Under the pieces are notes generated by a model, which worked only from the letters and a program-made list of their open reading frames with translations, did not search any database and was not told where the DNA came from. Below are positions 48,227 through 58,935 of a stretch of 64,000 nucleotides of DNA, piece by piece. Where the stretch lies: contig CAJINV010000033.1 in assembly GCA_905178155.1 (NCBI GenBank), positions 22,736-86,735 on the forward strand. The letters run 5' to 3'. The DNA is from Amoebophrya sp. A120. Taxonomy: Eukaryota; Protista; Dinoflagellata. The number at the start of each line of letters is the position of its first letter. Positions within the stretch are counted from its first letter, which is position 1. Made by a program: the position numbers and the translations under genes.

Positions 48227-48871
48227 ATGGACATTCCCTACGAGCGTTTCAATCTCCTCGAGACCCTCCCCGAGACGCAGGAGGCCGTCCCCTGATATCC
48301 TGTGCAAAAGTCCTATTGACGTCGTGTCTACTGGTCCTACAACAACTTGCGGCCATGCAAGACAGCTCTGTCTCTGTTGTTAGACCTGAACAAAAGCTGC
48401 ATGACAAACTTGTTGAACAAAAGCTGCGTTGTTCTTGTTGAGAAATTTTGTCATGCGAGCGCGTGTGCGACACCGACACCGACACGAAACACTTTTGCAG
48501 CCCTGCATATCTGGATGCAGAAGTGGATTTCGCCCCACCAGCGGTTTAACTGGCACCACAAGAGGGACGCGGACAACTGGAACCCGCGCGACGCACCCCC
48601 ACCCATGGAGTCGAACAGCGGAAAGTTGATCGCGTACAACGGCTCCAAGGCCTACAACCACCTGTTCCCTGAAAAGCAGTTGCAGCGGTCGGATTCCGCT
48701 CCTCAGTTTCCCGCGAGAAACAACTGGAAGGTGAACAAATACGGGCCAAAGGAGCCGGCAAGGCTCGGCGGGGGGATTTCCAGCTGGCAACCCAGTCACT
48801 CCGATGTACAATTTGGTCTTTGGTTTTCTATGTTCTTTGATGGTAGTGTGTCGTGCGTTTCGAAAATTTGA
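48227..48871 (+). CDS. Small hypothetical protein; 3' end uncertain, with a possible further exon near 49258-49342
   Basis: MDIPYERFNLLETLPETQEAVP joins WMQKWISPHQRFNWHHKRDADNWNPR after removal of 48296-48509; GC3-rich codons. Confidence 0.5.
48296..48509. mobile_element. Older introner (214 bp)
   Basis: TAT...ATA ends, TGCAAAAGT/ACTTTTGCA inverted core, internal GCATGACA and TGTCATGC; TSD CCTGA/TCTGG. Confidence 0.7.
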
Positions 48872-51800
48872 TGTAAATTTCTTGTCATGCGAATATTAAG
48901 TAAGGAAGCATATTAAGCTGCACATGATGTTGTAGTTTCACGAATCGAACAATATATGGTATCAGGTTTTGTGGGGTTACCCCAAGGGTTTTGAGAAGTG
49001 GAACAAGGGCTCTGAGATGACCAGAATTCTGAACGTATGATAAGGAGAAAACCTTGCGGATTCGCATCTTTTGCACGTGCTGCGTAAATTTCTAAAAGCC
49101 ATGTATGAATCATGGCGTTGTACTAGCAAGATTTTTATGGTAGAAGTTTCGTTGCTGGTCGAGATATTCGAAATAATGTGCACGGTCCTGTAATCATGCG
49201 GAAGCAGTAGCTAGCAATTAGCATCCTCAACTTCGAACGACCGAGCCATTTGTGCAGTGGTCGAATCCGCTTGATGAATCATTTTTCTCCATACTTCCCC
49301 GCGCCTACCACCGGTGTCCTGCAGTACCGCGGCGGACCGTAAGCCGAATCAGAATGCTGCTCACGACGGTGATGAAATCGGGAATTTTGATCTGTACGTA
49401 CGCATTTTTGTTGAAGTAATAGTATGAGTTGCCTTGCAATTGAAATTACAACTATTGGTATGTTGTTACTGTATCGATGAAACGGAAGATCTAGTTAATT
49501 GTACAAAAATAATATTTATAGCAAGACCCTGCCTGCGATAGGATCGCTATTTTTATTGTACACCGACGAGGGAGTAGGAAGAGGAACTACAATATTAAAG
49601 CAAGACATCGCGTGCCGCAACTACTTTTGATCTGCAATAAAGCAAGGACACCGACGCTACAGAGATATCTCAAACACTTCCGAATTCATTGTACATGTAG
49701 ATTCGAGATTTTGTACTATTTGTTGAACAAGACAAACCAAGTCTCCACGACTTTTACAGGGAAGAACAATAAAGCAAAGCGCAGGCCTGCATGCGAAGCT
49801 TTCCTGAACGACCCCGATTCAATGAAAATCATAGCAAGAAATAACAAATGGAAAGTTATCGTAGGAGGAGCGACAATATCATGGTCCGACGAGCCTTGCC
49901 AAATTTACTTTGGTTGCTCTTGTTCTCCCTCTTTTTTCCCCTTCAGCTTTCATGCTTGGCCGCAACGATCGTGAGATTTTTGTTTGCGAAAGAAGATCGA
50001 AATAAGTACCACGAGCCAGATCTGGATCTTTCAAGTATTTGATCCGCGCGTTTACTGTGATTCTATTTGATCAAAGCCATTGTAAGACCGGCTTTCTTGA
50101 TGGGCTTTTTTGTGCCCGAGGACGAGAAAGTGAAAGTGAAAGAGAAAGAACTACTTACCGTGGTCGATTCTGATCTTGATGAAGTTTTTTAGAGGTGGTC
50201 TACTTTCTAACTCTAAGGAGGATCACCCTGATAATTGTCGCCCCAGCGGCGACCACAACTTTTTGAATTTTGATTTCACGCTCCCATTGCATTTTGATTC
50301 TCAGGTGTCACTGACAGAACATGTTGATGACGGAGAACTGCGCACTGTTGTAGTTTTTCTATCAAGTAGAATGAACTAATACATAGGCCTACTAAAGACG
50401 AACTTTGTTCGTGACAAAGGATCGCGAACGCGAAGTTGAAAAAAATTTTACAGGGTTTTAAAACGGTAGAGGTGACGAGAAAATGAAAAACAATCGAAGT
50501 CTACTACTTATTACGCCCAGAAATTATACTCGTTGTACTTGTACATGTACTGGTTCAGTGTTGTATTGATGTAAAGCATAAGTAATATAATTTTTATCTC
50601 AAGAACGGCCATAGCCCGCCGTCGGAGTTACAATCTATACTTGATTCACGTTGACCATTGTACAACTTCCTCCGGAGTCGATTTTTATACGATTACCCGA
50701 GCTCGCCGTATTGGTTTTGCCAGCGTGAAGAAAAAGTTTGCAGCCTGTCTGCACGACAAGTCAGCGAGAAGAAAGTAAAATTTATTGATTTTACAAGAAC
50801 TGGAAATAGGGAGTCACGTTGCCCGCAGAGGAGACTCTCAAAGTAAGTATATAAATCGCGACATGTGACATCAAGATCTCCTTCTACCACCACAAGCGAA
50901 AGAGAAACGAAAACAAACCAATTTCGTGATTTAACCGAAGCAAAAGTTGCTTTTATAGATGTGACGTGGATCATAATCATGTGGTTTATCCACTACCTCT
51001 CGTCTTTCGAAATTATAACAACCTGCCTACGGCCAATATTGCGACAAAAATAAACCCGACACTCCACAATTTTCTACTAACCTTGCCGTTTGATTGAACC
51101 CGAATCTATTTCACGACTCGGCGTTCGATTTCAACACAGCAGGCGCAAGTTTATAAATACAATTTTATGATGTACTACACCAGCATCTCTGACGAGCACG
51201 AGCAGCTCTAGGGACCGCTACTACTACGCCAAAATAAACCGGACGAGTCGTTAAAGGACTTACTCTCGACCCGACCTCTGCCGTCGGACTCTCTTGATAT
51301 ACTTCGTACTAAAATTTACGCACACTCGTGTTATAGTTCACTCCTTTTGACCTCGTAGGTTTGCTTGTTTTGTAGTTTGTAACTTGGTCGCCTATTAGAG
51401 TGAGTGGCTCCGGTTCCTCGCTTTGTCATGTAGACAGATGCCGTCTTCCTAGTCCTCAGCGATTTAATCTATCTGATCGCCTTTGAAGACCACACTGTGT
51501 GTGCAGAGGAGCAGCACTTGTTGGTACTACCAATACAACAACCAAGACAGTACTCTCTCGCGACAGTCTTTCGACTAGTAGACCCTTCTTGAAATATAAA
51601 TTTCTTGCGAAAGATTTGTTTGTCGAAGAGGTTCTGCGCGAAAAATCTATGAAATAAAAGCTACGACAAAGAAAAGAAATTTTAACAAGTAAAGAGATTG
51701 GCGATTTCTTGATGCCACTACACTAACTTTAGACTTCATTGCCGCGACCCGTTCCTGTCTCGCTTGTGAACTTGTTTTAAGTAAGACATCCTTCTTGGCT

Positions 51801-52419
51801 GGAGGACGAAGTTCTTTTACAAGGCGCGTACGAGGACCACCGAGGTAGAAGTAATTCCGCAGGCTCGAGCAGGAGCCGCTGTGGTATTGTATCATTCGCT
51901 AGCACGACAACCAAAGCGACACTTAGTCCCGTCCGTGCAAGATCGGAGGAGGACGATTGGCCACCAAGATGCCACGGAAGTGGACCGTCGCAGGAGCTTC
52001 ACTCGAGAAACGCAAACCACAGGGACGAGTCAAGCGTTAGGAACGGAAGTTGCAGATCATGAACAGGTACTAGGGCAGCGCCAGCGGAGGATTTTTTTTA
52101 TACTTAATACTATACCATGTTGGAGTTGTCCACTCCGTCTCTGGTGGGTCCTCGTTGGTGGAAGTGCCCGGCGTCTTCGCGAGGACCTCGACGCAAGCTG
52201 TGGGGCGACACAAGAAGAACAAAGGCATCCTTGAGCACGACTGGAACGAGGCGTTTGCTATGTATGACAAAAATGTCTTCGAAGCCTTTCTCTCTTTCTG
52301 GAGAGCAAACCCGCGCCGGCTCTGTCCTGACGAGGCTAGTGCTTTTACTCCTCACGACCTTTCACCTCGAGCATGTGTCCACAACTTCGGGTACGTACAA
52401 TAAAGCAGTCGTGGCTGCG

Positions 52420-55400
52420 ATGACTACAGCGCCGAATGGACAAACAAATAGTAGACCGAGCTGGTGGCGGACCATGCTGTTCGGGAGGACGTCGGGCAGT
52501 GGTGTAAGTACACCAGGTATCAAATGTAAAAATGTCTGGGTCTGGAAGAGTGCAAGATTTGTGATGCAGGTTTTCCATGACCCATGAGGTCTGGAATGCG
52601 AGACCCAGCATGCCAGATTCTTTGAGGTCTCTATCATGCCTCTCCTGCATGAGAAACTCCCTCTCAACTTGGTCAAAAGCGGACAGCTTTTGGCACTCAC
52701 GCAACACAGACTTTTGCATCATTCAGGTTTAGCATGACAAGTTGCATTCTTCCAGACCCAGACATTTTTACAGTTGATACCAGGCTCATCAACTCGTCCA
52801 ACTACCGGCGAAATAGGACCTTCTGGCGAAAGTGGCGTGGACGAGCGAGTCCGCGGACAACACCAGAGCGAAGAGATGATCCTTGCACAAGAACCAGGAT
52901 CTTCATCGCCTGGTGAGCGTCGTGCTTCCCCCACACACCGCCACCAGGTCGGATACGCTAAAACATCAAATACGGCCGCGAGTGTTCTTCCTCCCGCCTC
53001 ACATTCACCGGAGAGCATGCTTCGCGAGTTCTTTACTGGCCAAATCGATGCAGTTTCTGCCAACTCCGATTTTACTACTGCCGCGTCAACAACTGGTGTT
53101 GCAAAAACTTCAAAAACTAGTACCCCGGGTCAACATCTGGCGCTGGCCGCAGCACAGGTGCCGGTAGCTGCTGACAGAGACGTTTTTGGAAGGATGAAAA
53201 GGGAGGAGCAACGACCGGCAAAAACGTTGGACGTGTCTTCTAGAAGTGCTGCGCACCATTATGATAAAGCTTGTAAGCCGGCTTTCGCGTCAACCAAAAG
53301 CGGGTCGGTGTCCTCGCGGACTGGAGGACAACATCATTCTTCTCACTATAACCATATTAACCGGGAGACGAAAAGAGACAAAGGATCAGCTCTCAAGAAA
53401 AAGGAAAGTCAACGTAAGCCAGAAGAACACGAGAGAACCGGATTCCTGACTTCGGAAAACGAGAGACTACGACGGGAAAGGAGAGAAAAAGAAAAAGCCT
53501 CGCGGTCCAGTTATTCATCTTCCAGGAGTGGCGCGGCGGCTAGTACTGCTGCGGTGCACGACGAAGTACCACCTCGTGGAGGTGTTATTCCTCCGACCAC
53601 GCTTCGCCGCGGACAGCTTTCGCCCGAGCAGTTGCGGCAGGAGCGCCTCAGGCAGAGTATGGCCGCGACCTCCGACGATGAGTACCTGCAAATGATGGGA
53701 CTAGATCTGAAACACACGCCGCCGACAGCCGCGGGGTACATTCTCGGCTACCGCGGGCCGCAAGGGCGGCGTGGTGCTAGGCGTGGAGCAGGTGGTAGCA
53801 GCAGTAAAAAACCCAAAGGAAGTAGCAGGACTTCCTCTAGTGCAGCTAATGGACGAGTAGAGATGACAGCACCAAGAAGTAGACCAGGTCTAGATCTTGG
53901 GTACTATCAACAACCTTTTCCGCAGCATCACCTCCCAGTAACAGACAGTACGTCGGAAGAGCCAACATCTTCAGAGAGCTGCCACACCAGCAGCCAAAGC
54001 AGTAGTGCCGCCTCCTCGGCCTCTTCGTCGCCCGTTTCGTCCGCGTCTTTCGCGGCTTCTCTTGAAGACCGGGTGAGCTTGGAACGAGATTTCGGACACT
54101 TGCAGATTGGGGGCGGCGCTGGCGCAGAACGAGAAGTAGACCAAGGAACTGTAACTAGGCAACTACAGGGAGGACTAGGGCGAGATGACGAGGAGGACCA
54201 GTTATGTGGTTTCGATGTGGAGCAAGAATCGAATGACGACGTAGAACCTCTATTTGGGCGCAGACCGCACACCACGCAGTATCGAAGAAGAAGAAGCGAT
54301 GCTGAGGGAGATAATAGTTCTAACTCAGCATCTTCCGCCGGCAGTGGAAGTTTGATAGTTGCATCAACAGCACCAGACTCAAAAACAGGACGAGCTGGTC
54401 TTTCTTCATCATCTGCGGTACCTGTTCTAGAACAGGACCTTCCCAGTACCCCCTTCGACAGCGCTATGCAGAAACGGGCCGCGTCGCTGCGAAGAAACAG
54501 CTCCGAAACTGCTGCAGAGGAAAGAAGCAGCGAAGAGTTATCTTTGTCTCCCGCAGGAGCTCCCCTCTCGCCAGGTGCAGCTACTACGCACCGGTCTCGC
54601 CCAAGAGTCCGGAGCCGAAGCTCTTTCTCCTCGGATTCCGCCGCGGCGTCCACCCGGGCGCCGAACAGCGACGACGATATGAAAACCACCCCGCGGAGCT
54701 TCCAGGGAGGAGGTCCTGCTCGTCCACACGGTACTACTAGAACCAACAAACTAGTCAAAGATCATGGACTGAAACCGAAAAGACGAAAGGGTGGGCCGGG
54801 AATATTAAGTTGCGGATCTTTATTCGGGACGCCGACTGCTCAACACGCGACAAAGGAGCATGATCAACATCTTGACACTCCTGCTGCGTTATTTCCTGCT
54901 CCGAGGACGTCGGAGGACTACACCGTGCGGGGTGGGCACAAACAAGAGCAGCCAGTGCAGCAACAACCGATCGTGGAGGCAGGTTCAACATCGTGGATGT
55001 TAAACGGTTGGACTAGAAGCGGCGGACAGGAACCGCAACAACAGGAGGCAAGACAACAGCAGGGCCGCACGACCAAACCAGCTAACGAGGACCACGGGGC
55101 TTCCATTCCCGTCATTACCTCCTCCGCGCCGATCCTTTCGCCGCAGCCTGTCCGCGTGCCTGCTGTGGTGGGTGGCACCGCAATGCTGACTAGAGGAGCG
55201 ATTTCGCACCTTTTTTCGCAGCAGCTGCAGCCAGTCCCCGAGGTGGACACCAGTGCGTCGTGTAGTTCTGGGTCGTCGGGAACTTCGTGCGACGAGGGGC
55301 GGGGTAACAAGCGCGAGAAGATCCTCACGACTGATTCTACTGGAGGCGACATAGTTACCACTTCTTCTACTAGCGCTGCAAAAGTGAAAGAACAGGAACC

Positions 55401-58400
55401 TCCGCGCGTTGCTCAGGTTCCTGACGGCGTTCCATTTTACAAAACTGAATACGGTGGCAGTGCCGGCGTGGAAGTAAAAGAGGCAGCGGGCGGTAATTCA
55501 TCTCACCATGGCACGACAATTCGAGAACACCAGCACAACAAAGTGCTTCGCACCGGCCAGACGGCATTGAAGCAGTCTTCTTCACCCGGGGGCACCAAAA
55601 CAGCGACCGGCGGAGCTACTAATACCGAGGGAGGATTGAATAAACGAAGCGTACTACTGTCGTCTCATCATTCAAAGCGCAGTAGCAGAAAAAATGGTCC
55701 TCGTCTACCCCCTAATTCTCCGAAAAGCCAAGTTCTATTTCGGGACCCGCCCTACGTCGACACTACTTCCCAGGCACTCGTGGGCGGCATTTTCGATAGC
55801 TTAACGAGTCAGGGTCACGGTGCTTCTATGGTAGGACGATCTGCAGCAGGCAGTAGTGCTTCAGGAGCTTCTGGCTCTGCTGGCAGTAGTCCGCGGAGTT
55901 TCTATATGGCCGAGGGGATTGGCGGCTCGCCGATCACCTCAGCTGCTTCCTCTCCGCATACTTCTCCGGTGCTAGCCGCGGCGCCGAACCAGGGGGCGGG
56001 GTTTTTGAAATCGGGGCCGTCGTGCGGGGGCTATGACAACAAGCACGACAAGGGAGATCAGCACAGGAGCATCGTGGTAGAAGATGGACAACAGGATCCA
56101 AAGGACGTCGATGCCGAACAGGAACTACACCCGGCGGACTTTGACCTCGGACAAGCGGTCAGCGAGGTCGGCAGTCTGGTGCCGGAGCAGGTGGTAGCCG
56201 ATTTACGCAAAGCGCAGCAAGTAGAAGTGCAACAGCTGCAAGAGGAACGGGATGATTTTGTCAGAAATATGGGCCGGCATATAATTCCGACCGATCTACC
56301 CTCTGTACAACTAGACGACAGGAGACAACTACAGCAAGACGACAGGACACAAGGACAACAGCAAGACCAGCGGCGCCTGTTCTCATTTCCGGGGCTTCGA
56401 AGTAGAAGACCTTCGGAAGACCAGGGGTCCTCACTTTACGTCAATGTGCGGCAGCGGATTGCCGATATCGAGAGAAAAATGTTCGGACGCAGTAGTAGAG
56501 CTTCTACAGAACAGGCACCAGGAGAAAATAATCTTCAACCAGAACAACTGCAATCGATTGCGGCGGTGGTAGCTGCGGAGCCAGTGCGCAACTACAAAGA
56601 GAGTTGTCAACCTGCATCCTCAGAAGCAGCCATCGCAGGTGGTGGAAAGAACAAAGACGCGGCTCTGAAAATGCAACAGGAAAGAACACAGCAGCAGGGG
56701 TGTTATAATGGGGGACCACATGCGGCACAGGAGAAGCAGGGATGCGAAGGGCTCGCGCTACAAAATAGTAGGAACGTCGACTCGGCAATAGTACAACCTG
56801 ATGAATCTACAGGAGCCGCGGCGAATCTGCTCTACCCAGTACAACTTCCGATACGTAAGATCAGCAGTGTGAATTCTGTGGCTAGCACGCTCCCCGAACA
56901 AAACATGGTACCAGGAGGAGCCTCCAGCCTCAGCCAGGAGCTGGGTTGTTGTAGTTCCCTTCTCCCTTCGCCGGACATGTCGCCCGGGCCGGCCAGCCCG
57001 GTGGGCGGGTCCCCATCCCTCATGGAAGAGGAGGAAGAGGATACGCAGGAATTAATTCCCCGTGGCTTCCAAGGATCATCTTCTACGAAGCCGACCGGCC
57101 CGGGACAGTTTGAAAATCTACTTCCGCCATGCGAACCAGCAGAACGGCAACTGACGCAGGAACACACGCCGCTGTTTGTTATGCAGATCAACGACCAAGT
57201 CGCGCGGAATGAGATAGACGGAGGCCACGAGGAGGCAACTGTAAAGGAAAAACGCACGTCGAGTCTTCTATTTCCGAGCAGTAGAAGTAGACCCGCCGAT
57301 CATGATCCGGCGGCAATTCCCCGACCTGCCTCGCCTTTTGGCGATTGTCATCAAGAAGAAGTGGACACTGTCATGGATGTAGACGATGGAGCTCTGACTG
57401 CAGCCGACATGGAGCTTATGGGCTTAGATTCCTTTCTCGTAAGAGCCCCCGCAACAAAAAATAAAGATGGCCGTCGCGAAGATGAAGAAGTGGATCCTGA
57501 GAAGTTTTTGCCTTGGAAGAGAATGGCAGCGCAGGGACAGGGACGTAGAGGCGTGTCGCCGGAGAACAAAATCACACGTCCCACGCCGAAACCACCTCGT
57601 CAAGAACAGCAAGGCTTCTTGCCTCTGGTGCGCACCGAGGCGGTACTTGTACCCGCGATTGATATAGAAAGCGACTCGCATATCGGTTCTCCCTCCTCGT
57701 CGCTGGTCGATGTGCATCTTCCGGGTAGTTTTGGGGCTGATGGTCAACAACAACAACCTCAGGAGCTTCATCAACAGAGCGCAGCGGCTGATATTACAAC
57801 TTCTGCTGTTTTATCAGCATCAGCCTCCTCGGCTTCAGGCTCTGCATTCTGGGCGGGAGGGAGTGCCGCACCAATTGTGGTCGCCCAAGATACCGACCCG
57901 ATTGTTCCTGCTTCTGCTTCCAGTGCCGCACCTACATCGCTCGCCGCGCCGGGGGTATTTTCTTCATCCGCTGGAGCCGCGACTGCAACGATCGGACGGC
58001 CTGCACCCGATTCTTTTTTTACTCCGAGCCCGGCCTTGATTGCGTCCTCCACCACCGCTGGCCTTTATCCCCAGGGAGGAGCCGGTGAGGAGCACACGAC
58101 CCCTGGTCGTGATGATTGGGACCGCGACGAGGGGCTGAGCGACCGGTCGCGGTCTCGTTCGATCACCCCGCCCCCAAATTTTATGCACGGAACTGCCACC
58201 TCCACCTGGGGCGCCATTCCGGCGGGGCCGCTAGCGCAGACGCAGCACACCATGCGGCAAGCCGTCAACGGCTACCACGCTCGGGAGCAACAGGAGCGGG
58301 CGGCGGGAAGGCAGCAGCAGCAAGGGCAAGCCGCAGTTGTAGCTGCTCCCGCACAACAAGCAGATGAACTACCCCCTCGCGGCCAACTTCAGAGTACGGC

Positions 58401-58935
58401 TGTGCCAGACGCAGAAGGGGTGTCGAATGTAGTGCAAGAACCCACGACTGCAATTTCTGGTGCTGTCGCAGGGCGAGAAAATACGAGCATAGGAGGAGTC
58501 GTGCAACAAGAAGGAGCTGCCGCTCGTCCCTCTGCACAGCTGCCAGGTATTATACCTGGCGCACAGGAGCAAGAGCACGCAGAAGTTTCATTCAACAGAA
58601 GTGCTAGTGTACCGACTTCAACCCCAGCTAGCAGTGGCAGTGGTCCGCCAGGTCGTGGTACTAGTGGTAGCCATAATTCTAGTAACCCAATAAATCCTGC
58701 AACAGTAGTTCCTGCTGGTGTCCCTCCTCCTGCCACCGCGGCCGTTCTTAACCCAGCAGCATCTTCCCCAGCCGTTATCAACCCAGCAGGTGGTCAGCAG
58801 CCGAGGAGGAGGACGGTCTCGTTTGGGCAAGGACCTCGAGAAAACGTGGAAACTATTCAGATCGAGGCGGTGGGAGAGACAATGCGGGACTACGGCCGGT
58901 ACCTGCAGCAGCGGCAGTCCACCTCGGGGCAGTAA
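52420..58935 (+). CDS. Very large low-complexity (Ser/Ala/Gln/Pro-rich) hypothetical protein, ~2080 aa; start uncertain
   Basis: 6.1-kb open frame joined in frame to the upstream exon (GVSTPG-SSTRP) across intron 52517-52783; no recognisable folded domain. Confidence 0.75.
52518..52779. mobile_element. Introner element, family C (262 bp); yields a canonical GT-AG intron at 52517-52783
   Basis: ~48-bp TIRs; perfect TSD CCAGG. Confidence 0.94.

Noticed and set aside
425-52722. Recurring short ORF peptides (PPPHIKTEICDA, KCLGLE, MYCKxFQMKHSPSC, RKNCVSV) that look like a gene family
   Set aside because: They are translations of non-coding introner TIRs and interiors. Frames and stops differ between copies and no transposase motifs are present.
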